64,000 bases of DNA from Balanoglossus misakiensis (Eukaryota > Animalia > Hemichordata): positions 19,876,303 through 19,940,302 of the forward strand of contig CM082577.2 of assembly GCA_040954595.2 (NCBI GenBank), in the 5' to 3' direction. Below the pieces are notes generated by a model that searched no databases, was not told the origin of the DNA, and was given only the letters and a program-made list of their open reading frames with translations. Of this stretch, positions 49,401 to 62,193 are shown piece by piece. Position 1 is the first letter of the stretch. Each line of letters begins with the position of its first letter. A program made the position numbers and the translations under genes.

Positions 49401-52400
49401 ATGAGTACAAAAAATAGCATCAAGGACACTGTGGTCCCATTTGAGGATTACGCAGAAATGCACCTGTTATATACACCAGAATAAAAATTACAGGTGACAT
49501 TCCAAGCAGATATGATTTAACCATATAGAAATATCGAATGTAAAAAAATTAACAAGGAACATGCCTAATAAACTGTCATGGCAGTCTTACAAGTGGTGCG
49601 AGAAAAAATTATTTTTGACCAAAAATTGTCTGTACAAACACATATGAGAAGCAACTTCTTTCAGTCAGCCCTGGAACAGACAGACACACACACAGACAGA
49701 CACAGACGCTCACTGACCTGCCACTGGTAATTAAAAATTTAATAGCTGGTGGTGTAACAGCTAGCCTATTTAAGTTATGTAAACATGTCCAAGTTGGGGG
49801 TAACAACTCCTTGTAAACAGTAACTTTCAAAACAACTGAAGAATTGGTTTAGAAGATTTGCTAACCAAAAAAAAGAAAGTTACAAAAAACTCGCTAAATA
49901 TTGAATATTTCTGATATCAGAATTGAATAAAAGTTGTACATGTATATGTTACGAAGTTGTATCCTAAATTTCAAAGCAATCAGAGAAAAAACAAATTTCA
50001 AAGCAGTTTTCAAGAAAATACTTGTTCAAAAGTGGCAAAAATACAAATATGCAAATATCACCAAAATTGTACAAAATCTTACTTCAATCACTATAAGGAA
50101 CATGCCTGCCAAAGTTCAATGCAATGTGACACGCGGTTTCAGAGAAAACAATTTTTGACAAAAATTGGAAAAAATTTCCCCAATAACACATTTATGCAAA
50201 TATCAGAATTGTTTTAGCAACATCTTACTTGGGTTACCCCTAGGAACATGCCTACCAAATTGCAAAGCAATCTGTCATGCGGTTTTAGAGCTGAGTTTTG
50301 ACCAAATTTAGGTTTTTCCAGCTAATTTGCATATTTTTGGCAATGACAACTTCGTTTGAACAAACTCCAATCTACAGCCCAGCATGCATCTACACACCAA
50401 ATATCGAGGTTATACGCGCAGCGGTTTTCAAGTTTTTCAAGGAAAAAATATATTTGTAAACTCCAACTACATGTCTCTACTGAGAAGTCAAAGGGTGTTT
50501 TCATAGCAGAATTTGCAAATTTGCATCATTTTTGTGAAAATCGGGAAAATATGACACCATTACTGACAGAGTACAATAATGGGGTTGGTTTGTTTATACA
50601 GCAAACACGGGACTGTTAATCCCTGCCACTGATAACTTCTCCAAACAACACTAACACTTCTGAAAACCCATTTTAATCTTATTGTCTCACTCCTACCATA
50701 ACATGTAATTAGTAATTGTACATTTGCGGGCGTTTCATTGCTCTGTGTCCGGTCAATAAGTCTGTGCCACGGAGCATGATGATTGAGCCCTGATGGAAGC
50801 CATAGTTGACCATCATGCTGGAAGTCACTAGACAAAGCACGCCTGTCAAACTTCCTGTTAACTAGCCTAACTTTGGAAAAGTCAGATTTGCATATCTGGG
50901 CTCCTGCAAATAGGTTAGCAAACTTCAACACTAATCTGGTTACAGTTAATCCGGAATGTTTATAACTGTACACACAATTCTAAAAATGTTACTTTTGATA
51001 AATTTACACATGTTTACGAGTGTGACCCGGTAAAACCGTTTTAATAAAACAATAATACAAATTCTAATGGTTTGAAATCTTGAAAAAAGTAAAAATCACA
51101 CAAAAAAATGCAAAAAAACCTGCATCTCATCCTTAATACCAAGTCACAAGTAGTCTTTAATCATTGACATGCTTTAAACCCCGGTGCGGAAAGTACCGGG
51201 GGTTCGGATTAACGTGTGGTTGTATAGTTGTTTATTTGGGAGTGGTCCTCGTCCATAATGACTGTGTAATTGATCTCATGTACATAGAAAATAATTGAAC
51301 ACTTTACACCTCCACGCGATTGACAGCTGTTTGAATGGCGTGGTTATTGTTTCCCAGGGACGCTTCTGAAAAGCACTGAAACCAGATTTCTCCCAAAATC
51401 ATCGTTGTTTCAAAAGCTCGTGTACTTTTTCGTCGATAACTTTATGTTGTGTGTGTTTATAAAGCCAACTACTGCCGTTGTGTGGTGTAATTCTTTATGC
51501 TTGGACCTGTTAGGGCCGATTTTCATAGAGCTAAGATCGTTGGTGTTGTCTGTTGTCAGTCAAACGGCATTAAGATTCACCACTGATTTGGGGGGCCTTT
51601 TATACCCCGCACCGGGGTTTAAGTCTTTTAACTCCAGACACAATATGCAAATGATCCAACTACATCAATGGAAACTTCTAAATAGCTGCAACGAACGCCA
51701 AACTGGCAACACCGTATTTCTTTGATGGGAGCGACACGTTATCTCTGAAATTGTAACAACGTCAGTAGACAAAAAGGCGCCCTCCCATCCCAATTGAGCA
51801 GTTGAAGGAAGTTTGGACTTTTCATGACAGGCCTCGGAGTAATAAACTAGTCAAAAAGTACCTAACGTTTGAAACTTTGGGCTTTACGGAATGGGAAATA
51901 GCGGAACAAGAACACGGCTATACTAATCATGAACACCAGACAAACACGTTAAAAAAGCCAGATCGGAAAATTTTTCACAAAGTCCGTTGAAAAAATCAAA
52001 CATAAAAACTTCACAAAGTCCGTTTAAAAAATCCAGATCTGAAAGAGTTCACTAAGTCCGTTTGAATAATCCAGACACGAAAAATTTCACGAAGCCCGTT
52101 TAAAAAAAACCCTGAAAAATGTTTGCAAAGTCCGTTGAAACAGCCAGATGTGTGCAAATGTTCACTAAGTCCACAATTTCTGGCCTAAAGCATATCTGTG
52201 GGAGCTGTTGGGGACAGGTTAGTTGCCGCGGCTGAATTGACATCGCCAGTGTTTACAGTATATGAAGGGACAAACTGTGACACAGGCGAATAAATACCCA
52301 GGCAGCGTACTTTTGTTCAATCTGAATTCGGCGGCAACTGACGAAAGCGCACCGCGCGGCAAGTCTCCGCCTACTTGCAGTTCTTTTAAATCGGTGATAA

Positions 52401-55400
52401 TCATGCTTCTCAAATCGTCACTTACTTGAATACCACGGCGATATTCTCGACCAGAGAAAGAAGTTCGCTTCATTTTACTTCATTTAGCTGGAGAACATTG
52501 ACCACAACTTCCCTCACACAAAAAACATGAACTCTGCGCGGACAATGTAGTATAAAACCATCGGAGTGGGGTGGGTCACATTAGAATTATATTTTATTTT
52601 ATTTTATTTTACTGATTTATAAGGCTGGGTTATAAACGCGGGTATCGACCCACATGCTAATAGTTGTATGAAAATATTAACCAAGTGAAAAATTAAAATC
52701 AGTCAAACCTTCAGGTTTGAATCGTATTCCAGTAAATCTGTTCAGGGCAACTGCATTTGCCCTCCTTCGCTACGAATGGAACAGCCTAATTTCAACTGCA
52801 CAGTTGGGATGGGGGGCGCCTCTTTGTCTACTAAATTGAGACGTTGTTACAATTTTAGAGATAACGTGTCGCTCCCATCAAAGAAATACGGTGTTGCCAG
52901 TTTGGCGTTCGTTGCAGCTATTTAGAATTTGATAGTATATGTTTGTTAGAGGGCACACTGATTACAGACCACTTTTAAAAGTTAAAGAAATTTTAGAAAA
53001 TACCAGTAGTGACTAATGATAACCAATCTTAATTGCTACCAGTTTAAAAGCACTCCACATAATTATAATCTAAACACTCACTTACCTGTGTAATGACCAC
53101 CAGTCAAATTACTGCCAATATGATTGCAAACTGCATATAATTTAAAGAGATTGTCAGTATCAGGATTGCTGGAATGATGACTGCTACGTTTCCATGGAGA
53201 CCAACTGGAGAGTGAATGGAAGTTACTGGTTGCCACAGCATTTGCATCTCTCTTTTCAAGATGTGGAGTCATATCAAGCACACTTGTTGGAAAATCAATT
53301 TGATTTAATAACTTGGTTCTTTTGGTGTCAGTCTGTTGAAAAACAAAGCCATAACTGCATCATTGCTCATCAATTTGTGCCCAGTTGGAAAGATCTGGAA
53401 ACCTTATCATAAGCTGTATCAATAAACACATTGTAAAGAACTGATTCTTCAGAAAAATAAAAGCACATGACACATTCAAATTTGACTTCACCTTGGATAC
53501 TCTAACTGAAAAGGCTTATGTATTTATAAATTGTTATCATGGTTGACAAGAATGAAGCCATCACAAAAATAAACACTGTGACATCAAAATAAATTTTCTT
53601 GGTGTGGTATGTGTCAGGACATAACATAAACTGGTACTGACACTGTTCATCAAACAGGTCATGTGTTTATTATAAATTATATTATAGCCTTATCAATACC
53701 AGTGAATTTTGTGACGTCATAGCTGTACATTATTACTGATAATGTATCGTGTTATTACACGGACGCGCCCAAGAACCAGTGGACGTGTACAATTTCTGAC
53801 TGAATAACAGAGGTTTTCAAACAATGCGAACATTTTGAGGGCTAAAAAAGAAATGCAAACGTACACAGAATAAATACAGCGATATTTATTAATTTCCAAA
53901 CGTGACCTCGACTGGCGATTTGTTTATATTTTTCTTCCTAACACGGTGGTACATGTTGTCTGCTCTTGAATCACGCGCAGTCAACATGGCTCGCTCACAC
54001 ACGTAAAGCAAACCTCTCAATGATGCTGGATTTGCATTTGTTCACCATACATACTGTGTACCATGTACCAGGAAGTCATGTCAACGAAACTATACGTAAA
54101 CCTATCGGTCAAAAGAGCTCTGGTGACTTTAACAGTGTAACCTATAGCTGGGCAATGATATGAATACCCTAGGTTTTAATCATAACAATTGTATTCTATT
54201 AAACAAAACAAAACAGACATCACAAGTATTTATCCAAATTCAGCTTGATTCATTGTGCTAAAGAAAGAAAGAATTGAATCCTAAAGAACAACATCAAAAG
54301 GAAGTACCAAGGTTCTAATTTGCATATTCATGACCCCATCAAAATTCCAATTAACAAAATCAGGTAGGGGCACCATAACACACATTCCTACCAAATTTCA
54401 GCCCCATTGTACATGTAGTTAGCCTAGGGAGAAGATTTTTGACCAAAAATTCTATTGTTAGATCTAATTTGCATATTTATGACCCCATCATATCCAAATT
54501 AACAAAATCAGGTAAGGGCACCATAACACACATTCCAACCAAATTTCAGCTAAATATGCCAAGTTGTTTATTAAAGAAGAAGATTGAAATACAAAAAGTT
54601 GACGGACGACGGACGGACTCTTATCAACCTACTTCTACAGCTCAGCTGACACAAGTGACAGCAGAGCTAAAAAGTTATGCTGCAAGTGTCACTGTCATGT
54701 TGCTGCAAGTGTCACTGTCATGTTGTCTACGCTGTACGGAGAAGGGCAAGTTTGTTTATGTATTGCAACCTTCCCAGCCCCTGTATACGTGAACTTTCCT
54801 GAGAACGCAAACGAAAACAAATATTCCCCGAATACTCACCAAGATTTCACAAAAATCGAAACTTTTTCAAATATATTTCAGCAGAACCCTTAAATAAAAT
54901 TTCACTTGCGTTAATAAACCTTTATTATCATACATGCAACGCCTCTTGTCTTGGGTCATTATACTCAGAAGATTTTGGATATCTCAGAAAAGTTTAAAAT
55001 CCACACTTTCTATTGTTCTCGCCCTGAAGATATTTTACGGTATTTCACATTGTGAAATATATCTTCACTCCGCGTCTCGAACTATTTTTGAGAATGCACG
55101 GCGCGACAGTTCGCTGCGCGTGCGAGCGACGTACAGGGCATAGGACGCTAGTGGAGAGGGGTGTTGTAAAATTCGGTTATTAGAAGCTGTTATGTTTTCA
55201 AAGCTGGCGGTTTTGCCATGTTGAATGTATCATTTTACTTCTTCGAAATTCTCAATGCAAAATAATTGTTAACATGATATTTTGAAAGAGAACGTAGACA
55301 AGTTTATTTAGAATGCGGATGTGCCCATCGTAATGAAAGCTGCCAACCCCATTAAAATGATACTACGGCCCACACGTCACACGTCACAACATGGCTACTG

Positions 55401-58400
55401 CCGTGATCCCAGGGCGCCCATTCAAATTTGAAATCGATTTTCTCGGCGCATTTTCGCAAATCGTACTGTTTTATAGGTAGGCATGTATGATAAAGGGGTT
55501 TTACACGAATTTTGGTCGATAACGCGACGCATTCTCGTGATGTCCGTATTTTGACTCGTTGCTTTGTAACTCGTCAAAATACGGACATGACTCGAATACA
55601 TCGCGTTATCGACCAAAATTCGTGTAATAACCCCTAATTATTTATTTCCTGATGTTTGAATAGAATGCCAGAAATGAAAAGTACACCAATTGACCGTGAT
55701 CCCCTGATCCGTTGTTTACGCCATTGCTCCGTTCTCGATCTCCATGTCCGAGTCTGAATTGTTCGCATAGTATTTTAAAGATTTTTGAAGTCTGCAAATT
55801 CACTGGCATCGACAAAACTATAAAATAATAAGAATAATGTAAGCCCCAAAGACCCATAATGGACTCAAGCACATATTGTACTCCATTAATGTACTTGGCA
55901 TTCGCCTCGCACATTATGTTGCACAATGTGTGTTTTCGTCCATTATGGGTCTTCGGGGCGTACATTATTCTCTAACTAAGATACTTTATTATCTAGGATG
56001 TAAAGAATATTCTAATCACAATAATACAAGGATGTGATGACAAGGCAAACTTGTCCTGACATTGCACAAGTACAAACAATGTCAAGTAAAACAAGTGACA
56101 TCAATCAGACGGTCTGAAAAAGTGACTTTTCACAAGAAGGTTTTGAATTCAAAATTGAATTTTTTTCCTGGTATGCTATAAAGTGTGGCTGTGTATACAA
56201 CTTACATGTTTAAACCTTTTGAGGTGGATAATGAGTACATCAGGTAGAGACCACAAACCAAGTCTCTTTCTTGTTCCATGCTGAAGTTTTTTACAGTATG
56301 GACAATGCCATGCATCATCACCACTCAGCTATAACAGAAGAAACACAGAGGATTACATTGAAATAGGTATACACCAGAATAAAAATCACAGGTTGTAATT
56401 TACTTATGCTGTTTTTAATACGGAATGAAGGCAGTTAGTAAGTTAACGTTCAAAATTGTCATTCCTTGATGTTTACCTAATTAACATAAATTATGCAAAT
56501 CACGATTCCCCCCTACTTTGACCAAATCCCCCCTTAATTTTGGACTATTAAAGAAATATTTGCTGTTCTTGTTTCGCAGAAAAAAAAAAAAAAAAAAAAA
56601 AAAAAGCCGCGTCACCGCATCAATTTTGAGATTTTGCTTGGACGCTAAACAAAACTCTTTTTTTTTTGGCCTAACTGGAGCTTGAGATCTAAACCAAACT
56701 CATGTCAAAATGAAAGTCATTGTATTTGTACTTTCATGTAGCTTTGTTATTCTGAACGTATGAGAATATGACAGAACTGAATACACTGCATTACGAGTGT
56801 GTATAACTTCTGTACTGCACAGATCGCACGCAGAGGTCATGAAGTTCTGTTGTTATTGCATATGTTAATTGTTCCCTCAGTTTTGACGAAAATCGATGTT
56901 TCTATCGCGGCGATTTGATTTTCAACACAGTGATGCGGCAGAGGCTATGCCACCCAGAGATGGCCGCTCATTGGACAAAATGACGCAACTTTGTTATGCA
57001 AAGAAGGGTAATGTCAAGTCATTTCATCGGCAGTTTAGCTCAGGTCGAAAGATCACATCAGCAATATTTGAAAACACTGGCGATAACGAGATATTTTCAT
57101 AATTTTCGAGGTTCCCAAACATACTGAAAATTAATGTTTTCTTATTCTGACAATAGTTGGGAAGGATAAGATAATGACGTCCCCGAATATTGAAAATTCC
57201 CCACGTTTTGGCGATCATACTCCAGCTCTGGCGATGGCGTTCAGTGTTTACAAACAGAACTTTGTTAAATATCATAGGGTGAAATACACAGAAGGGATCA
57301 GACAACTGCAAGTGTTTCCAACAGTGTCTCCTCCAAAAGTATGAGACTGGCAATATAATGGCATCACAAAGATAAGATTGGTACCTCTTCTTCCTGAGTG
57401 TACAACCTAAAACAATCTGTCAGTGTTCCGTTGACTGGCTCTTCTAAGGCATCTTTCTCTTTCTTCACACTCTCATCCTCTGTGATATCTTCATTCAGAA
57501 TGCCAGCAGATAAGCTGTCATGCAAATCAATCAATAGAGAAACATTGGCTAGATATTTAACTTTCTGCTACTTGGGCTTGCCTTCACACACAAAAATATA
57601 ATGTGAGTACGCAAACATTTGGTTACGGTTGCATGACATGTAGGCTTAAAAACATTGAAAGATAACAGAATAATTTCATAATTTGGTTATAATAATGTCA
57701 TAATCATGACTAAATTATCACATAATATTAGTCGAATAATGATATAATAACTAAATCACCAGAAAACAGAATAATAATCCAGATATCAATGTTGAATAAT
57801 GACCGAATAAAGAACTGAATTACCAAATAAGTTCATTATCATGTCATAATCATGCCCAAATGACATAATAATAATGACCAAAACACCAAATAATAATGAA
57901 ATAAGATATTGAGTTAAATTTGGTATTGTTCTCACTCCGTAAGAATGCCACCCTGTTTATGTACGTGTATGATGCCAGTGATTGCGACACCCGCCTATCT
58001 TGTAAGTGATTAGAGCTAAGAATACGGAGCGGTATTCAAGCATTCACAAAGTGCTCGTGTGCATGTTTGTATATCCAGCCAGCTCCCGATCTTGCCTTCA
58101 ACATTGTGAAGACATTCAGAACAACACCTGTCACACGGGTACTATGATGTCACAGAAATATATTCGTAAAACTGTTGGCAAAATCTTACATTAAATAGTA
58201 CGCTCAAAGTTATAAGGTAAAATTAAATTTTCATATAATTCCTTATAATAAAATAAATTGTTATAATGACAACCGTTGATCGACTGACCGATTGGCAGTG
58301 AACGGGGCTTTACATGCAGTGGGAGTAGGCATGCAAGAAATAACAAATGTTTCAATCATGGTCCCAACCATCATACACATACATGTAACAGGGTGGCATA

Positions 58401-61364
58401 GATCGTTTGGTGCAAAGGGTGGTGCAGAATGCATGGCACAAACACCTGGTGTAGAGTTACCATTTTAAAGAAGAATACCAAATTTGGACCATGAAATTTG
58501 GCATACACAGAGTGACTTTCTTTAAATGGCTAAAGTTTCCGCGACAGAGGCAGCCAGTGCAGTACCCAGGTGAATGTTACCAGGGTTCCCCCTTTGTATA
58601 TCATTTTGACATTGCAGTCATATTGACGGCTAGCAGAAGTATTACCATGGTTCCCAAACCATATACCAATGTTCCCCAACCTTAATAAAAACACTGGCCC
58701 AGACAGCACACCTTCACTTCAAGGTATACAGTCACCTCCAATTTACATACGCCCATATATTGCCGAAATGGCATATTTGAGCATTCTAAAGAACATATGG
58801 TGGCGCTCTTTTTTTCACGTGTGCCACCAACTGAAAATCTGTGATTGGCTAGATCTCAATTTGCCATGGTAACTATAGCTAATTTTTCATAGGTGACCGT
58901 ATAATAATGTATACCTTCAAAGTGTACAAGAGTAACCCTTAAACCTCCTATACTACACAAAGAGCATGCCAATGTACACATACCAATCTTTGATGTCCAC
59001 TTCCCATTCCAGCATCATCTTCACATGAGTTGGACCACCTTCATCACTACTCACTGTCATCATTCTCTCAACAATCTCAGTACACAATGGTCTACCCTCG
59101 TCTGGAGAGATGTGACACTTGCTTCCTTCATTATTCACCACAACTAACTTGAACACTGGACCCTGTCAAATATCATTAAAAAAAAGTCAAATCTCACTTT
59201 CCATTCCTTATACACAAAAGTTGCTAAAAGGCAGAGTTCAAATGAAGATCATTAACAAACGTATACTAAGTGATCATAGCTGCAACCAGCCAAGAGTGGT
59301 CTTGTGTTGGAATGTGCATATGGAAATTGTAAGCGAGCAGTAAAAAATGTCTCGGTATATATGGTGTATTATATTATACCAGTATATTGATGGTGTAAAT
59401 CACGCTATTTGATTGGTCGAGACACGACACGTGACCGTGATATATTAGCCATATACCACAGTAATATATAATAGTCAAAGAAAAGCCTTTTTAAAATGTT
59501 TTATGCAAAGTTTCAATATACTGGCATAATATAATAGCAATAAAACACCCCAGCCATGGTATACCACGAGATTTTGACCAGTTCAACTCTTTATACGCAC
59601 TCGCTATCGCTCGTGCGTATATGTCGTGAACTGGTCAAAATCTCGTGGTATACCATGGCTGGGGGTGTTTTATTGCTGTAACGATTGTCAAGCAAATGAT
59701 TCAACTAATCTTCTCATTGAGTCTTTCAGTTAATTTCTTGTTTGTTCTTGAGTGTGTAGATGGACGAATCAGATAGTTAGAATAGTTTTTAGGCTCTGCG
59801 CATCTTTTCTGCGCACAAACTGTCGTTCAATGGCTTCCTCCACGATCAGTCAACTCCCGCATATATTGGCTTCAAAACAACACACAGGCTTAACACCTGT
59901 TCAACTAGACGATATTTTACTGTAAACGGGCAGTAAATACACCAAAATCGCAACCAACAGCGCAGTATCCTCAAAATTATCTGAGTTTGAAGTAGGTATA
60001 GTTCTTGGGAGATCGAGACATTTAACATTCTCAGCAACATACGACATGGATGCAACCCTACGTTCTTCTATGCTGCAGTGTATGTACGTTCAAATGTTGG
60101 GCGTAATAAAATTAATAACACATGCTGCTCAGGCAACATCACGATTTGAAGCCAGCCCGCGGGCTGGTCCTCTCTGACCATAATATTGATGATACCCTCA
60201 CCTGCGGCTAAATATTATGGTCTGAGATCACCATCCCTCGAGCAGGCGTCAAATCGTGATATTGCCCACGCTATCATGTGTTATTTAAGCAATAAAACAC
60301 CCCCAGCCATGGTATATCACGAGATTTTGACCAGTTCACGACATATACGCACAAGCGATAGCGAGTGCGTATATGGAGTTGAACTGGTCAAAATCGAGTG
60401 GTATACCATGGCTCGGGGTGTTTTATTGCTATTATATTATGCCAGTATATTGAAACTTTGCATAAAACATTTTAAAAAGGCATTTTCTTTGACTATGATA
60501 TATGACTGTGGTATATGGCTAATATATCACGGTCACGTGACGTGTCTCGACCAATCAAATGGCGTGATTTACACCATCAATATACTGGTATAATATAATA
60601 TTTAAATATAAAGTAAGGGTATAGCTGGAGAAACGAAAGTCGATATAATCTCTACAATGTTGTTTCGTGAGTCACTTGACTGACACTCATCAGGAGACTA
60701 AACTGGCCAATATACATTTTATACTGAAGAATGTTTTTATACCTCACAGAACTTTCACCAAGTCAAATTTTTCATACATTTTTAAAACATTGATATCCAT
60801 GCTTACTTACCTGGGTCAGTGCACCATCTGGCTGTCTAACTCCCAAATGTTTCAATATCACTCTCTGTAATTGTAAATGGTTCAAATTTCGGGATGCCTC
60901 CATTGCAACTGGTTGACCAAACCTAATACAAAAATCAGATCACATGACTGTCTAAACAAATGTGTACATTGAATGTATGGTAACATCAATCACATTTTAG
61001 GATATACCGGACAAAAATAGCCACCATGGATGTGTACACAACTGGTTTCTAATCCATCAACTTAGACGGGTTTTACTTCACCAAACTTCACAAAAGATCA
61101 CATTATCTACTCAATAGTTTTTACATACTTCTTGCCTTGAACACCTGCTCTGTCTTTATTCATTAAGACCAAGTAGACTGTTTCTTCCATTGGTCCATTA
61201 CAGTGTACACCTGGTAGTGTTGGCTTGACAGAAGTATTAGGACCCTGAGAACTGTGTGGAGTTTCAATAGCATACACATTGTCACCTTCATGAATCTCCG
61301 ACAAGGGTTGATCATCACGAAATGACCGTTGAAAGCCATCAATGTAAACTTCTGTAAGTACCAG
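42997..61364 (-). CDS. USP31: Ubiquitin carboxyl-terminal hydrolase 31/43-like, 3' part (8 exons; 5' exons outside window)
   Basis: Minus-strand exons 61364-61129, 60922-60811, 59162-58984, 57514-57385, 56328-56206, 53332-53086, 49346-49071, 43490-42997, all GT-AG and in phase. Motifs: [39 protein letters not shown], His box [27 protein letters not shown], plus the USP31/43-type WSPWK and DHWV segments. The Cys box is not in the window. Confidence 0.92.
44697..45282 (-). mobile_element. Family A copy (hairpin partly deleted)
   Basis: Matches 13676-14311. Confidence 0.72.
45775..47193 (-). mobile_element. Helentron-associated (HINE-like) element, near full length; fragments at ~21000-21430, 23105-24338, 36040-36310, 37138-37455, 39560-39990, 49415-50440
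   Basis: Sub-terminal ggtcccat/atgggacc repeats, (atcc)n/(atac)n microsatellite, terminal agtgtc-aag-gacact hairpin. Confidence 0.7.
47639..48555. mobile_element. P-element-like non-autonomous transposon
   Basis: 32-bp TIR CATAGACCCTAGAGAAAGAAGGACGCGCAACT; 7-bp GATTATG on both sides. Confidence 0.8.
49071..49346 (-). CDS. USP31: USP31-like exon (end of catalytic domain)
   Basis: [18 protein letters not shown]...[11 protein letters not shown]...DHWVFRMP. Confidence 0.93.
51178..51618. mobile_element. TTAA-flanked MITE
   Basis: TTAA|ACCCCGGTGCGG...CCGCACCGGGGT|TTAA. Confidence 0.7.
51679..52925 (-). mobile_element. IS630/Tc1-mariner-like deletion derivative with ~130-bp TIRs
   Basis: taaatagctgcaacgaacgccaaactggc... 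inverted at ~52791-52925; remnant [29 protein letters not shown]...[11 protein letters not shown] (paired-like HTH); short internal tandem repeats at 51940-52170. Confidence 0.7.
53086..53332 (-). CDS. USP31: USP31-like exon (His box)
   Basis: [17 protein letters not shown]...WSPWK...[18 protein letters not shown]. Confidence 0.93.
54100..54673 (-). mobile_element. Helentron-associated element (copy of the 27807-28661 family)
   Basis: Reverse-complement match with fewer tandem units. Confidence 0.72.
54925..55635 (+). mobile_element. Family A copy
   Basis: ttatcatacatgc ... gtgtaataacccct. Confidence 0.75.
56206..56328 (-). CDS. USP31: USP31-like exon
   Basis: [41 protein letters not shown]. 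Confidence 0.93.
57385..57514 (-). CDS. USP31: USP31-like exon
   Basis: EDESVKKEK...[14 protein letters not shown]. Confidence 0.88.
58984..59162 (-). CDS. USP31: USP31-like exon
   Basis: GPVFKLVVV...[10 protein letters not shown]...[12 protein letters not shown]. Confidence 0.88.
59368..59677 (+). mobile_element. Family B copy
   Basis: Near-identical to 22338-22655. Confidence 0.75.
60283..60600 (-). mobile_element. Family B copy
   Basis: Reverse complement of 22338-22655. Confidence 0.75.
60811..60922 (-). CDS. USP31: USP31-like exon
   Basis: [26 protein letters not shown]; attag| and |gtaagt. Confidence 0.85.
61129..61364 (-). CDS. USP31: USP31-like exon
   Basis: [36 protein letters not shown]; ttacag| and |gtatgt. 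Confidence 0.88.
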
Positions 61365-62193
61365 CTGTAAAACACAACATTATTTTTCTCTTAGAAATGC
61401 TGGAATTTGAACAACGAAGGTCGGCATGGTCCTTCCATCAGCAGTGAACCCTTTTCAGACCCAAAGTGAAATACTCAATTACGGTAACCATTTCTGTAAC
61501 AAGAATACTACAGACACCTACAATTCAAAATCAAGTGAAATACACGTAACATGGCCCTTACTGACATGTATTGTCAATAGCAGCCTATTCCCGGGGTATG
61601 CGGGCGCGTTCGAATTTTCGATCTTTTCAACTCATGGGGGCGTACTCTTAGGGGTTAAAATTTTGTGTCTTCTGTCGGTGTTCTTTGTCAAGATGGCGTC
61701 AATCACTGCAGACGACGTGAAAAAAATGAAAGTTCCTAATAACTGAGAAAATTTCTCAAAAGTAGGAATGTAACATGTGCCATTGTGGTCAGGTGATGAA
61801 GGCACAACTCCTTGAACTGTCGGTGTTAACGATTAAGTTGGATGTGAGGGCAATTGCATATGTCACGATTATGAAAAATCACTCGGCGAACGCAGGACAG
61901 TGACTAGTGATGGTGGTCAACAGGTTGTTTTGCCCACATCACACATTGGGTGAAAATGATGCCAAAAATCGACATTGCTGATGTTTTTGTTTATTTAATA
62001 TTGCAATGCTGTTGGAGTACATCTCGGATGAAAAAATACAGATATGATGGCGGATATCGCCTGTATAAAGATGGTAACATCGTGTGCGTACAGCTCCATG
62101 CCATGCCAGCCGTCAATCATATCTACGTAATGAGCGACTATGTGAGAGAAACAAGTGTTCATGAGAAACAATACAAAACTTGGCTACTTCTGT

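Noticed and set aside
57660-57910. Degenerate AATAATGA-rich repeat
   Set aside because: Low-complexity intronic sequence with no definable unit or boundaries
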